Below the pieces are notes generated by a model, which saw nothing but the letters and a program-made list of their open reading frames with translations, searched no databases and had not been told where the DNA came from. A stretch of DNA of 64,000 bases. It comes from Candidatus Nanopelagicales bacterium (lineage in GTDB: Bacteria > Actinomycetota > Actinomycetes > S36-B12). Below, one piece after another: positions 28,977 through 39,589 of this stretch. Position 1 is the stretch's first letter, and each line of letters starts with the position of its first letter. A program made the translations under genes and the position numbers. The DNA lies in assembly GCA_017854795.1 (NCBI GenBank), contig JAFMHB010000001.1, positions 80,606 through 144,605 on the forward strand. The letters are read 5' to 3'.

Positions 28977-30242
28977 TTAGAGTGCAGCTTTTGCGAGTTT
29001 GGCTTCGTCGAGCATGTCAGTGTTTTTCCCACTGAGACTCATGTGGGCGGGGACGGGCATTTGTCGCCCGGGCATCAAGATGTTCCAGTACACCCACCGG
29101 AACGCCATTTTTCCCATGTGATTCATCCGAGTTTTTTTCAACAGGCTCATTGGTCCAACGATCGGGTAGGGGTACCTGCCGGGGAGTGGCTCCACGTTGT
29201 AGTTGAAGTCAATCAACATCGCTTTACCTCCACCCGTTTCAATAAAGCAGTTAGCGTGGCCATCAAAGCGGTGGGTCATTTCTTTCCCAGCAATGTGCTC
29301 CAAGAAATTCTCGATGAAAATATCGACTTCAAAGTGTGCAACCGATCCGGCCTTGGAAGCAGGAATATTGTTCGCGTCACCGAGAGCGAAAACATTTGAA
29401 TACTTGTTGGAAAGTTGGGTAAATTTGTCAACGGGAACCAGATTGAGTTCATTGCCGAGCCCAGAGGCTGTGAGAAAGTCCTGACCCATGTTGACCGGGA
29501 TGCTGACCAGAAGGTCAAATGGAATCCGGCGTTCATCAAATGAAATGATCTCGTTGGTGTCGTTATCAACCTCCATCAGCATGAAGTCTGGCTCAACCGA
29601 AATTGATTTTTCTTCCAAGGTGGCCCCGAACGCCTGAGCGGCAATCGGTTGGGTGAAGGCAGCGCCCAGAGGTGTGACATAGGTCATCGTCACTTTGTCT
29701 CGTATACCGCGGGATTTAAAATAATCGTCGGCAAGGAATGCAAATTCAAGTGGAGCGACCGGACACTTAATCGGCATTTCAACAATATTGATGACAACGT
29801 TGCCAGCATCAAAGCGCTTCAATCTTTCTGCGAGAGCCTTAGAGCCTTCATAACTGTAGAACTCGTGAACGGCGTCGTTGGACGAAAGACCCTCGGCTAA
29901 CCCATCCGTTTGGTCCGCACGGGGGGATACGCCCGTTGCAATGATTAAATAATCGTAATCGAACTCGCTACCATCAACCAAGAAGACTTTATTGGAGTCT
30001 CCATCGATCCGGTCGATTTCACCTAACACTAGGTTAACTTTTTTGTTTAACGTTTCCCGACGCGAGCGGGTGATTTGATCGGGGGAGTATGTGCCAAACG
30101 GCATGAATAAAAACCCAGGCTGGTACCGGTGATTGTCATCACGATCAACAACAGTGACTTTCCAGTCCTTGAGCAGGTGAGCCAGGCGATTCGCGGACAT
30201 TGTGCCGGCGGTGCCACCACCGAGTACAAGGAGTTTTTTCAT
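28977..30242 (-). CDS. sqr: Sulfide:quinone oxidoreductase-like FAD-dependent disulfide oxidoreductase
   Basis: ATG 30242 follows GGAGG. Motifs MKKLLVLGGGTAGT (FAD), IKCPVAPLEF and GHANCFIETG (SQR-type Cys motifs). 421 aa. Confidence 0.75.
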   Translation of the reverse strand: MKKLLVLGGGTAGTMSANRLAHLLKDWKVTVVDRDDNHRYQPGFLFMPFGTYSPDQITRSRRETLNKKVNLVLGEIDRIDGDSNKVFLVDGSEFDYDYLIIATGVSPRADQTDGLAEGLSSNDAVHEFYSYEGSKALAERLKRFDAGNVVINIVEMPIKCPVAPLEFAFLADDYFKSRGIRDKVTMTYVTPLGAAFTQPIAAQAFGATLEEKSISVEPDFMLMEVDNDTNEIISFDERRIPFDLLVSIPVNMGQDFLTASGLGNELNLVPVDKFTQLSNKYSNVFALGDANNIPASKAGSVAHFEVDIFIENFLEHIAGKEMTHRFDGHANCFIETGGGKAMLIDFNYNVEPLPGRYPYPIVGPMSLLKKTRMNHMGKMAFRWVYWNILMPGRQMPVPAHMSLSGKNTDMLDEAKLAKAAL

Positions 30243-30312
30243 ACCTCCACGGTAAACGGAAGAATCGAGGAGCGACGGTGCCAATGGTAGGGACTTAAAG
30301 GGTCAAAGGTCC

Positions 30313-30804
30313 CTAGTGGGATTTGGCTCGCTTCCATGAACTGTGAATTTCGTCTTCAGCCTCTTTGCGTCCGGTCCACGTAGCCCCTTCAACGGACTTA
30401 CCGGGTTCAAGATCTTTGTACACCTCAAAGAAATGTTGTATTTCGAGGCGGTCGAATTCGGCAACATGATGAATATCGCGGAGGTGCTCCATGCGGGGGT
30501 CACCTGCAGGGACGCACAGCAACTTGTCATCGCCGCCCGCTTCGTCGGTCATCCGGAACATTCCCACGGTTCGGCAAGAAATCACTACGCCAGGGAAAGT
30601 GGGTTCCTGAACGAGTACGAGAGCATCGAGTGGGTCCCCATCAAGGCCGAGAGTGTTATCGATGAATCCGTAGTCGTGTGGATAACGCGTTGAGGTGAAA
30701 AGCATCCGATCCAGTCGAATTCGGCCGCTCGTGTGGTCAACTTCGTACTTATTGCGACTTCCGCCAGGGATTTCAATTGTGACGTCAAAAACGAGGGGAT
30801 CCAT
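30313..30804 (-). CDS. ppa: Inorganic pyrophosphatase (family I)
   Basis: 163 aa. Motifs [28 protein letters not shown]. Confidence 0.95.
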   Translation of the reverse strand: MDPLVFDVTIEIPGGSRNKYEVDHTSGRIRLDRMLFTSTRYPHDYGFIDNTLGLDGDPLDALVLVQEPTFPGVVISCRTVGMFRMTDEAGGDDKLLCVPAGDPRMEHLRDIHHVAEFDRLEIQHFFEVYKDLEPGKSVEGATWTGRKEAEDEIHSSWKRAKSH

Positions 30805-30864
30805 AGGTGCACATTAGCCGGGCAGTGCCATTTGTTAGCGCAGCGGTGACTTACAGTAGTAGGG

Positions 30865-32193
30865 ATGCGTATTTATAGGTCAAAATCATTGCGACGCCTT
30901 GGTGTTGTAGCAGGCTCATGCGGCTTGGTTGTGGGCTTGCTATTGACGCCCACGGGCGCTGTGGCAGCGCCACCCAGTGGTCCTGTTCCCACCGTGTATC
31001 AACCTCTGAATAGCAGTTCGCCCGCTCCCAGCATCACTGGATTAGACCGTTCAATTGGCAAACTCACCCAGAGTGCGTCCTTGGGCAGGTTCTCGATGAT
31101 TGTTGTCGACCCGGTAAGTGAAAAAACAATCTTCAATGATCAAGTTGATAAGGCCCGAATTCCCGCCTCGGTGGCCAAGGTGTTGACGGCTGCAGCAGCA
31201 CTAAGTTCACTAGGTCCCAATACTCGCCTTTCCACCCAAACGAAACTCAATGGCATGGACCTGTACCTGATAGGTGGAGGCGACCCATTGTTGTCCAAAG
31301 CAAAGGGCACCAATTCGCTTAAGTCCCTAGCTCAAAAAACAATCAGTGCGTTGACATCAAGAAATCAAAAAAACATAAAACTTTTTTACGATGATTCCCT
31401 ATTCACCGGTCCATCCCTTGGTCCGGGCTGGAAAACGAGTTTTCCCAATGTGGGAGTTGCGGCCCCCGTATCAGCGCTGAGCGTTGGGGGTGCTCGGGTA
31501 AGTGGCAGTTCGGTTAGCCGCGTGTCAAACCCGGCTAAACAGGCGGCTCAACTTTTTGCCCAGCGACTTAAAAGGGCCGGAATTTTGGTTCAGGCAGTCA
31601 AACGAGGGCAAGCTCCAACAGTTTCAACTCCCATTGCATCGGTACCTTCTCAGCCCGTTAGCGCGATCGTTGAAGAAATGTTGCGGGAGTCAGACAATGA
31701 CATAGCCGAAGTTCTCGCGCACCTTGTGGGACAAAAAACCGTTGGAGACGGCAGTTTCGCAGGTGGTGCGCGCGCAACGAAGTTGATCTTGGATCAAAAC
31801 GGTATTTCAACCAAGAACCTGAATTTATTTGATGGCAGTGGGCTCTCACAGCAGAACAAGATGACTAGTACGACCGTGGCCCAGATACTGACCAAAATGG
31901 TGCGTGGTGACAAATCGCAATGGGCCGCGATTGCTACTGGCCTTCCCGTTGCGGGGCGCACGGGGACACTGGATACACGCTTTGATACCAAGAGAACGCA
32001 AGCAGGTGCCGGTGTTGTTCGAGCAAAAACAGGCTCACTCACAGGTGTATCCGCATTGGCTGGAACCGTTTTAGATAAAAGCGGACGACTCCTTGTCTTC
32101 GTCATGATGGGTAACAAGGTTGGATCACTGAACAGTGCTCGAGATTCAATGGATCTGATTGCGTCCAAACTTGCTAAATGTGGATGCTTGTGA
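30865..32193 (+). CDS. dacB: D-alanyl-D-alanine carboxypeptidase/endopeptidase (PBP4, peptidase S13)
   Basis: Signal peptide. SxxK (PASVAKVLT), SDN (RESDNDIAE), KTG (AKTGSLTG). 442 aa. Confidence 0.88.
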   Translation: MRIYRSKSLRRLGVVAGSCGLVVGLLLTPTGAVAAPPSGPVPTVYQPLNSSSPAPSITGLDRSIGKLTQSASLGRFSMIVVDPVSEKTIFNDQVDKARIPASVAKVLTAAAALSSLGPNTRLSTQTKLNGMDLYLIGGGDPLLSKAKGTNSLKSLAQKTISALTSRNQKNIKLFYDDSLFTGPSLGPGWKTSFPNVGVAAPVSALSVGGARVSGSSVSRVSNPAKQAAQLFAQRLKRAGILVQAVKRGQAPTVSTPIASVPSQPVSAIVEEMLRESDNDIAEVLAHLVGQKTVGDGSFAGGARATKLILDQNGISTKNLNLFDGSGLSQQNKMTSTTVAQILTKMVRGDKSQWAAIATGLPVAGRTGTLDTRFDTKRTQAGAGVVRAKTGSLTGVSALAGTVLDKSGRLLVFVMMGNKVGSLNSARDSMDLIASKLAKCGCL

Positions 32194-33191
32194 CCGCGAT
32201 CCCGCATTCGGACCTCATCCGAAGAGCGTCGCGGCGCACTATGCCCAAAGGCCCCGAAGTCAGTTCGGTTCATGCTGCCCAGGTTGTTGCTTCACTGCGC
32301 GAACTCGCTCAAGTTGCAACCCGAGAAATCACCGCCGTGTCACTTCTTGAAGCCCCGGTGACCCACGAAACAGTGGTTGTAGATCGAATGGGCTGGGTTG
32401 AATCAAATATGAATGCATTGGGGGTAATCACGCAGTTCGTATCGGAGGAGGGCGAGGATGGTAATCCACTTGCCGACCGTGCAGGTGCCATTCAGACGGG
32501 ACTCGCTTTGGGTTGGGCATCGGGAAAAGTGTTGGGTCAATACGAAGCGCTGGTCAATCCTGGACGTTTGCTTTTGGTTGCACCAAATATCACCCAGGTC
32601 GCGCGCTCACTTGACGTTGATGAACGAGACTTTCAACTCTGGGTGTGCTTACACGAAGAAACCCACCGACTTCAATTTGGAGCGGTCTCTTGGATGCAGG
32701 GCCATTTCATTGAGCTGATCAAGGAAATGATCGGGGCCGAGAAACTACCGGGGCGGGCGTACCCGTGGCGTCTGCTTCAAGTGATTAATGCTCTCATCCG
32801 CAATGACGGTTCGAGTGTTATTGAACTTGTTCAAAGTGATGATCAGGTGCGGATCTACAGAAGGATTGTGGCCCTGCTGACCCTGTTAGAAGGCCACGCG
32901 GATTTTGTCATGGACCAAGGTGGGCCTGATCTAGTTCCCAGTGTCTCTGAGATTCGACGTAAGTTTGAAGTCCGACGTGATTCAAATAAGAAACTGATTA
33001 CCAGGCTTCTCGGTATGGACGAAAAACTTATGCAGTACCGAAAAGGTGAAGCCTTTGTTAGCAACTGTGTCGCTGAAATGGGAATTGCAGACTTCAATGT
33101 GGTTTGGGCATCGCCAGAGAATTTGCCAACCTTGGCCGAAATTGAAAATCCAGCAACGTGGCGAAAACGAATTCTTCAGCACCATGAATGA
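32178..33191 (+). CDS. Zinc-dependent metalloprotease (actinobacterial Rv3626c-like family)
   Basis: HExxH in WVCLHEETHRLQF. Syntenic position between dacB and tilS. The start is uncertain (32178 overlaps dacB; ATG 32241 is possible). Confidence 0.7.
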   Translation: MWMLVTAIPHSDLIRRASRRTMPKGPEVSSVHAAQVVASLRELAQVATREITAVSLLEAPVTHETVVVDRMGWVESNMNALGVITQFVSEEGEDGNPLADRAGAIQTGLALGWASGKVLGQYEALVNPGRLLLVAPNITQVARSLDVDERDFQLWVCLHEETHRLQFGAVSWMQGHFIELIKEMIGAEKLPGRAYPWRLLQVINALIRNDGSSVIELVQSDDQVRIYRRIVALLTLLEGHADFVMDQGGPDLVPSVSEIRRKFEVRRDSNKKLITRLLGMDEKLMQYRKGEAFVSNCVAEMGIADFNVVWASPENLPTLAEIENPATWRKRILQHHE

Positions 33192-34182
33192 GATGAAAAA
33201 GCCGGCATCTCAAACAGTTGTTGCCTTGCGCAACAGTGTCAAGGCATGTTTGGCGCCCGACACGGCGTCGGTAGTGGTCGGGCTCTCGGGTGGGGTGGAT
33301 TCTCTCGTTCTCACAGCAATCGCCGTTTGGGTTGGAGAGCGATCCGGTTTCACCGTGCAGGCTGTTGTTGTTGACCACGGCCTTCAAGTCGGTTCAAGTG
33401 AAATTGCAAGTAGTGCGGCTGTAGCCGCAACAAAACTGGGCGCCACTTCGATTGAAATTCGCAATGTTGACGTGGGAACTAATGGTGGAATGGAAATGGC
33501 TGCTCGAACTGCTAGACGTTCTGCGCTTCTAGATGTCGCCAGCGGGCGCCCAATCCTGCTCGGTCATACCGCTAACGACCAGGCTGAAACTGTCTTACTG
33601 CGACTACTCCGTGGGTCAGGAGCCCATAGCCTGTCAGCGATGTCGGCATGCACCCAGACTTGGCATCGTCCGTTTTTGTCTCATCTGCGTGGTGACATTG
33701 AGCTCGCGAGCGTAGAGTTACTTGCCCCTCTGGGGATCACACCTTGGCGGGATCCGCATAATTTTGACGAGGGTTTCTCTCGGGTCAAAATGCGGAAGCA
33801 CCTTGACCTGTTGAGCGAGGAATTCGGCCCGTCAATTGTTTCTGGGCTTGTACGAACCGCAGATATGTTGCGAGCTGATGACCGAGCTCTTGACCTGATC
33901 GCAGCGCAGTACTTCCATGCCGCTGAAAAATCTGAGTTGGCAGTAAGCATGAGTGTCGAAGAGTTTGACAGCGTTCCCACCGCGATCCGTACCCGACTCA
34001 TCAAGTCGTGCTTTGATTGCTTGACCGCTGGAACCCGCGAAAATTCTCCTCTCACGCACCAACATGTCATGAGGGTTGAAGCACTTATTTCAAGCTGGTC
34101 GGGACAAAGTGGGATTGCATTGCCATTGGGTGTGACCGCGAAGCGGGAATATGGAAGGCTAGTCTTCAATCGGGGAAACTAA
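33184..34182 (+). CDS. tilS: tRNA(Ile)-lysidine synthetase TilS
   Basis: PP-loop VVGLSGGVDSLVL. ATG 33184 overlaps the upstream stop. 332 aa. Confidence 0.9.
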   Translation: MNEMKKPASQTVVALRNSVKACLAPDTASVVVGLSGGVDSLVLTAIAVWVGERSGFTVQAVVVDHGLQVGSSEIASSAAVAATKLGATSIEIRNVDVGTNGGMEMAARTARRSALLDVASGRPILLGHTANDQAETVLLRLLRGSGAHSLSAMSACTQTWHRPFLSHLRGDIELASVELLAPLGITPWRDPHNFDEGFSRVKMRKHLDLLSEEFGPSIVSGLVRTADMLRADDRALDLIAAQYFHAAEKSELAVSMSVEEFDSVPTAIRTRLIKSCFDCLTAGTRENSPLTHQHVMRVEALISSWSGQSGIALPLGVTAKREYGRLVFNRGN

Positions 34183-34194
34183 AAGGAGCAATGC

Positions 34195-34752
34195 GTGGAC
34201 GCAGGAGATATCGAAGGTCAACTAGATCATGTGCTCCTCACCGAAGAGCAATTACATGACCGGATTGCCGAATTAGCCAATGAAATTGGCGCTGACTACC
34301 CCGCCGACGAAGACCTGCTACTGGTTGGTGTTCTCAAAGGTGCCGTAATGGTTATGGCGGATTTAGCGCGCGCACTCCCTCGACAGGCACACATGGACTG
34401 GATGGCGGTGTCTTCCTATGGTTCAGGAACGACCTCCAGCGGTGTTGTTCGAATTCTCAAAGACCTCGATACTGATATTGCTGGCTGCAATGTTCTCGTA
34501 GTCGAAGACATCCTTGACTCGGGGTTAACCCTCACGTGGTTGCTCAAAAACCTCGGTTCACGGAAGCCAAAAACCCTTGAGGTCTTCACGCTCCTACGCA
34601 AGCCAGAAGGCATGAAAATGAAAGTTGACGCTAAATATGTCGGCTTTGATATCCCGAATGAATTCGTGGTCGGTTACGGGTTGGACTACGACCAGAACTA
34701 CCGCAATCTGCGATCAATCGGCACGCTGGCACCGCATGTCTACGAATCCTGA
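34195..34752 (+). CDS. hpt: Hypoxanthine(-guanine) phosphoribosyltransferase
   Basis: PRPP motif [13 protein letters not shown] and FVVGYGLDY. 185 aa. Confidence 0.95.
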   Translation: MDAGDIEGQLDHVLLTEEQLHDRIAELANEIGADYPADEDLLLVGVLKGAVMVMADLARALPRQAHMDWMAVSSYGSGTTSSGVVRILKDLDTDIAGCNVLVVEDILDSGLTLTWLLKNLGSRKPKTLEVFTLLRKPEGMKMKVDAKYVGFDIPNEFVVGYGLDYDQNYRNLRSIGTLAPHVYES

Positions 34753-34867
34753 GACCTGATAGCCCCCAAGCCCAAGGGAGTCGCCCTCATGGAATCAGCC
34801 TTTTCGCCCAACGCATAACCCTTGGTGCAGCGCGCTCGCACACCTGAGGTCGTAGTACCGTGGCGAA

Positions 34868-36793
34868 GTGGATTTCAAGAGGATTTTGCGGGGGCCGATA
34901 TTCTGGATCGCCCTCGCGATCATATTTGTTCTCGTGGGCTCAAGCCTGATTTCAGGGGTTGGCGCTCCAGAGGAAGTGGATACCAGTGTCGCGATCTCGG
35001 AAATCTCGGGTGGCAATGTTGATACTGCAACCATCACCGATCGTGATCAGGTACTTGAACTGGTTCTCAAAAATGGTGAAACCGTTCGGAGCACCTACGT
35101 CACGGGTCAGGGCATTGTTCTTCAAGAGTTACTGCAGGTCAAGGCCGACTCTGGAGCCCTCCCCGGCGGTTACAACGTCGTTGTTCCATCAGAAAATATT
35201 TTCTTTACCCTCATAATTTCGTTAGTGCCATTTATTCTGTTGGTTCTCATCATGGTTTTCATTTTTTCCCAGATGCAGGGTGGCGGCTCCAAGCTCATGC
35301 AGTTCGGGAAGTCAAAAGCCAAATTGGTGTCCAAGGACATGCCACAAACCACATTTGCTGACGTTGCAGGTTCCGCGGAGGCGGTGGAAGAACTCGAAGA
35401 GATCAAAGAATTCCTGCAAGATCCTGAGAAGTTCAAGGCAGTGGGTGCCAAAATCCCCAAGGGTGTTTTGCTGTATGGGCCACCGGGAACGGGCAAGACT
35501 CTTTTGGCTCGTGCTGTTGCAGGTGAAGCGGGTGTACCTTTCTACTCGATTTCGGGCTCAGACTTTGTCGAAATGTTTGTCGGTGTCGGAGCAAGTCGCG
35601 TGCGTGATCTTTTTGAACAGGCAAAAGCGAATGCGCCCGCAATTATTTTCATGGACGAAATTGATGCGGTAGGTCGGCATCGTGGTGCGGGAATGGGTGG
35701 CGGCCACGACGAGCGCGAGCAAACGTTGAACCAGATGTTGGTTGAGATGGACGGCTTCGATGTCTCCGGCGGAGTAATCATGATCGCTGCGACCAACCGC
35801 CCCGATATCTTGGATCCGGCACTGCTGCGACCAGGCCGCTTTGACCGACAAATTGCGGTCGAACGCCCCGACCTCAAGGGTAGATTTGAAATTCTCAAGG
35901 TGCATGCAAAGGGGAAACCCTTCTGTGACGACGTAGAAATGATGAACGTTGCCCGGCGAACCCCAGGGTTCACGGGCGCTGACCTGGCCAACGTTCTCAA
36001 CGAGGCCGCACTCCTCACCGCACGCGAAGGTGCATCCGAGATCACCAATGTGATCATGGATGAAGCAATTGACCGCGTGATGGCAGGCCCACAGAAGCGC
36101 ACGCGGGCAATGGACCATGAGGAACGACTCATCACGGCCTACCACGAAGCCGGGCACGCACTTGTTGCCGCAGCACTTCCCGGTAATGATCCCGTCCACA
36201 AAATCACGATCATGCCGCGTGGACGCGCACTCGGGTACACCATGGTTTTGCCCGACCAAGAAAAATATTCCACTACCCGAAGCCAGATGCTCAATCAGTT
36301 GGCTTACATGCTTGGCGGTCGTGCAGCCGAGGAATTGATTTTTCATGACCCCACGACCGGTGCATCCAATGACATTGAAAAGGCAACGGCCGTTGCGCGC
36401 GCAATGGTCATGCAATACGGCATGACCGAGCGCCTTGGAGCCATCAAATACGGTCAAGAGCAGGGTGAAGTATTCATGGGTCGCGACATGGGGCACACAC
36501 GTGACTTCTCCGAGGAAGTTGCCGCTGCAATCGACGAAGAAGTTCGGGCGTTCATTGAAACCGCACATCAGGAGGCCTACGACCTTCTCGTAGCTAATAG
36601 GGATGCACTTGATGCAATCGTGGTCGCCTTGATGGAACGAGAGACACTTCAGAAGGAAGAGATCGCGGAGATCTTCGCCGAATTAAATTTACGTGAGCCT
36701 CGAGGAGCATGGACAGGTTCGGCACGCAGATCGCCAGACATCAGTGGACCGGTCGAAGTACCTGCCCTTGATGCCGCAAAATCCAATGTATAG
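34868..36793 (+). CDS. ftsH: ATP-dependent zinc metalloprotease FtsH
   Basis: Two N-terminal TMs, Walker A GPPGTGKT, Walker [13 protein letters not shown], zinc motif HEAGHAL. 641 aa. Confidence 0.97.
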   Translation: MDFKRILRGPIFWIALAIIFVLVGSSLISGVGAPEEVDTSVAISEISGGNVDTATITDRDQVLELVLKNGETVRSTYVTGQGIVLQELLQVKADSGALPGGYNVVVPSENIFFTLIISLVPFILLVLIMVFIFSQMQGGGSKLMQFGKSKAKLVSKDMPQTTFADVAGSAEAVEELEEIKEFLQDPEKFKAVGAKIPKGVLLYGPPGTGKTLLARAVAGEAGVPFYSISGSDFVEMFVGVGASRVRDLFEQAKANAPAIIFMDEIDAVGRHRGAGMGGGHDEREQTLNQMLVEMDGFDVSGGVIMIAATNRPDILDPALLRPGRFDRQIAVERPDLKGRFEILKVHAKGKPFCDDVEMMNVARRTPGFTGADLANVLNEAALLTAREGASEITNVIMDEAIDRVMAGPQKRTRAMDHEERLITAYHEAGHALVAAALPGNDPVHKITIMPRGRALGYTMVLPDQEKYSTTRSQMLNQLAYMLGGRAAEELIFHDPTTGASNDIEKATAVARAMVMQYGMTERLGAIKYGQEQGEVFMGRDMGHTRDFSEEVAAAIDEEVRAFIETAHQEAYDLLVANRDALDAIVVALMERETLQKEEIAEIFAELNLREPRGAWTGSARRSPDISGPVEVPALDAAKSNV

Positions 36794-36805
36794 TTTCGTT
36801 GCATA

Positions 36806-37417
36806 ATGAGCGATATCAACCCCATCAGTATTACCAGCCCAGGGCCTAAGTCTCCCTACAATTACGCGGGTGTTGAAAAAGCAACTCGTGATCTGTTAAT
36901 CGCAATCGGAGAGGACCCAGATCGTCCCGGCCTCATTGACACTCCGGCTCGGGTTGCTCGCGGATATGCCGAAATTTTTGGTGGACTGCACAAAACCGCA
37001 GAGGAAGTACTCACCACAACATTCGATCTAGGCCACGACGAGCTTGTAATTGTGAAAGACATTAATTTCAACAGCATGTGTGAGCATCACTTGCTACCGT
37101 TTTATGGTCATGCTCACATTGGGTACATCCCCAATGAAAATGGACGTATTACCGGCCTCTCCAAACTTGCTCGTGTCACGGACGTTTTCGCCCAGCGCCC
37201 CCAAGTCCAGGAACGACTCACGGGTCAGATCGCGGATTCAGTCATGAATATTTTGCAGCCACGGGGTGCAATAGTGATTTTGGAAGCAGAGCACATGTGT
37301 ATGTCACTTCGTGGAGTGCGTAAGCCGGGAGCGGTCACGACCACAAGCGTTGTGCGAGGCTCATTGCGTGACCCTGCAACTCGCTCCGAGGCCATGACGT
37401 TAATCACCGGACTTTAA
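36806..37417 (+). CDS. folE: GTP cyclohydrolase I FolE
   Basis: Motifs MCEHHLLPF and EAEHMCM. 203 aa. Confidence 0.95.
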   Translation: MSDINPISITSPGPKSPYNYAGVEKATRDLLIAIGEDPDRPGLIDTPARVARGYAEIFGGLHKTAEEVLTTTFDLGHDELVIVKDINFNSMCEHHLLPFYGHAHIGYIPNENGRITGLSKLARVTDVFAQRPQVQERLTGQIADSVMNILQPRGAIVILEAEHMCMSLRGVRKPGAVTTTSVVRGSLRDPATRSEAMTLITGL

Positions 37418-37422
37418 CTTCA

Positions 37423-38607
37423 ATGTTCGCCCATGCCCCGGTAATCATGGGGATCTTGAATTTAACCCCGGATTCATTTTCCGACGGTGGCCAATTTGAT
37501 TCAGTTGAATCAGCGGTCAACGCTGCCACGTCTATGGTGGATCGTGGTGCGAACATCATTGATATTGGCGGAGAGTCCACCCGTCCCGGTGCCGAAAGAA
37601 TTTCACTCGAAACTGAACTGGCACGCGTGATTCCAGTTGTTGAGCAACTCTCGGCGCAGGGTATTTACGTAAGCATTGACACCATGCGCTCTGAGGTCGC
37701 GGAAGCTGCCGTTTCTGCGGGTGCACGAATGGTGAATGACGTAAGTGGCGGTCTCGTCGATCCACAAATGTTAAAAGTGGTTGCACGTCTCGGTGTTCCG
37801 ATTGTGCTGATGCATTGGCGTGGACCGAGCAAGACGATGCAAGAGAATATTCACTACGACAATGCCGTTGTTGAAGTTTGTGCAGAATTACAGAGCCGGG
37901 CCAGAGCAGCACTGGGTGCCGGAATTGACCGCGGCAACATCATTGTTGATCCCGGAATTGGTTTTGGAAAAGAAGCTAACCACAATTGGGAACTGTTAAG
38001 ACATTTTGATGCCCTAATGGCGATCGGCTATCCATTACTCGTTGGGGTATCACGCAAGAGATTCCTCGGGTCTCTTCTGGCAGACACCGAAGGAATTCCG
38101 CGTGACGTTGGCGCCCGTGACGTCGCATCCGCGACCTCATCGGCCTATCTTCTTCAACGTGGCGCATGGGGTGTCCGAGTTCACGACGTACAAGCAACAA
38201 GTGATGCGTACAAGGCCCTGAGTGCGATCAACCCGGATCCAGCAATTGACTCAATTGAATTGCTGGGCCTGCGTGAATTTGGCCACCATGGAGTACTTGA
38301 ACACGAGCGCATTAACGGGCAGTATTTCAGTGTCGATGCAACTTTGGGGCTTTCAATTTCACATGCAGCGCACACCGACGATCTAGCGGACACCGTGAAT
38401 TACGCGGAAGTAGCGGATTCAATTCGAGCCCGAATTGCCGGAGAGCCCGTAGACCTGATTGAAAAACTTGCCGAACTGATTGCCACTGATTGCCTGGCAT
38501 TTCCTCAGGTCGTCTTCGCCAAGATTCGAGTCCATAAGCCTAATGCACCAATTGAAGGCGAATTCGGCGACGTCATTGTCACTCGAGCAAAATTTGCTGA
38601 CTCATGA
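37423..38607 (+). CDS. folP-folB: Fused dihydropteroate synthase / dihydroneopterin aldolase (FolP-FolB in one ORF)
   Basis: Residues 1 to ~275 are FolP (GILNLTPDSFSDGG, IIDIGGESTRPG, GVSRKRF). Residues ~277-394 are FolB (IELLGLREFGHHGVLEHERINGQYF...DDLADTVNY...VHKPNAPI). No stop separates them. Confidence 0.9.
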   Translation: MFAHAPVIMGILNLTPDSFSDGGQFDSVESAVNAATSMVDRGANIIDIGGESTRPGAERISLETELARVIPVVEQLSAQGIYVSIDTMRSEVAEAAVSAGARMVNDVSGGLVDPQMLKVVARLGVPIVLMHWRGPSKTMQENIHYDNAVVEVCAELQSRARAALGAGIDRGNIIVDPGIGFGKEANHNWELLRHFDALMAIGYPLLVGVSRKRFLGSLLADTEGIPRDVGARDVASATSSAYLLQRGAWGVRVHDVQATSDAYKALSAINPDPAIDSIELLGLREFGHHGVLEHERINGQYFSVDATLGLSISHAAHTDDLADTVNYAEVADSIRARIAGEPVDLIEKLAELIATDCLAFPQVVFAKIRVHKPNAPIEGEFGDVIVTRAKFADS

Positions 38608-39110
38608 AAAACACCGTCCTGATTGCATTCGGAGCAAATCTGGGTGACCCGGTTACAACAGTGAAAGTCGCGTATAAGCAACTTTCCCAGGAGTGGACAC
38701 CGCTCGCAAGTTCGCATCTATATCGGAGTAAACCTGTCGGTGGAGTTGAGCAGGACGACTTCATTAACGCGGTAGCACTTTTTGCTACCGAGCTATCCGG
38801 GCGTGAAATTCTCAACAAACTTCACGAAGTTGAAGATGTTCATGCCAGGACCCGAGAAGTCCGCTGGGGACCACGGACATTGGACCTAGACGTTATTGCC
38901 CTCTGGGAGAATGGTGATCCTGTGACAAGTCCAGATCCGATCCTGACTCTCCCTCATCCGCGTGCGTGGGAGCGTGTATTCGTTACCGCCCCATGGACAT
39001 CGATGAATTTAGACGCCCCGTTCAGCGAACTTCCTGGGGTAGGTCCAGTTAATGAATTGTTGTCATCAATCCAGGAAATTGATCAGCTTGAGATGGGGCT
39101 GGACGACTGA
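38604..39110 (+). CDS. folK: 2-amino-4-hydroxy-6-hydroxymethyldihydropteridine pyrophosphokinase FolK
   Basis: Motifs IAFGANLGD, WGPRTLDLDV, LPHPRAWERVFV. ATGA overlap with folP-folB. Confidence 0.9.
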   Translation: MKNTVLIAFGANLGDPVTTVKVAYKQLSQEWTPLASSHLYRSKPVGGVEQDDFINAVALFATELSGREILNKLHEVEDVHARTREVRWGPRTLDLDVIALWENGDPVTSPDPILTLPHPRAWERVFVTAPWTSMNLDAPFSELPGVGPVNELLSSIQEIDQLEMGLDD

Positions 39111-39571
39111 TGCACACCACGAAGATCTCACGGCTTGTAGTTATCGCCTTGATTCTTATGGCAATTGGATTTGCACTCACCCAAATTATTATGGGTCAAA
39201 GTTCACGCTCCCTCCCCGTCCCAGCAATGGCTGCAGGTGCGTTGTGGATCCTGGGCGCTGGATTCGGGATCTGGACCTACTTTGCGAAGCCGCGCCTTAA
39301 GCGGGAACCCGGCACGAAGCCATTCCCGCCACTAGCGGCGGCTCGGATTGCTGTATTAGCGCTGGCAGGGAGCAGAACGGGTGCGGTAATCGCCGGTTTC
39401 TACGCTGGGGTGGCACTTGCCTCAATGGGCAGTATTGACACCCCTGCCGGTTGGAGCGCGACCGTCAATGGCTTCTTGGCCGCATTGGGAGGGGTGCTGC
39501 TCGTTATTTCTTCGCTGTGGCTGGAAAGCCTGTGCGTTGCAAGAGACCAGGGCACAACCTCAGACAAGTGA
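39110..39571 (+). CDS. DUF3180-type membrane protein (Rv3605c-like)
   Basis: 153 aa, four TM helices, in the conserved position after folK. 1-nt overlap (TGATG). Confidence 0.7.
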   Translation: MHTTKISRLVVIALILMAIGFALTQIIMGQSSRSLPVPAMAAGALWILGAGFGIWTYFAKPRLKREPGTKPFPPLAAARIAVLALAGSRTGAVIAGFYAGVALASMGSIDTPAGWSATVNGFLAALGGVLLVISSLWLESLCVARDQGTTSDK

Positions 39572-39589
39572 TCAAAGTACTGTGCTCCC

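Noticed and set aside
10184-30284. The Moco/CODH/SQR region as a mobile genomic island.
   Set aside because: No integrase, transposase, tRNA attachment site or flanking direct repeats are visible in the window. The accessory status is inferred only from lack of synteny.
30288-30315. Hairpin TAGGGAC-N14-GTCCCTA as a ppa terminator.
   Set aside because: The 3' arm overlaps the ppa stop codon, the loop is long, and no U-run follows on the minus strand. The evidence is insufficient.
35558-36568. 336-aa minus-strand ORF, and many similar long antisense ORFs (for example 9146-9646, 17428-17817, 31794-32273, 33681-34169, 50451-50981, 35542-36135).
   Set aside because: Each lies entirely antisense to a strongly conserved gene (ftsH, katG, coxL, dacB, tilS, clpC). 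Their products are low-complexity and Arg/Ser/Pro-rich, with no motifs. This is the typical shadow-ORF behaviour of GC-biased codon usage.
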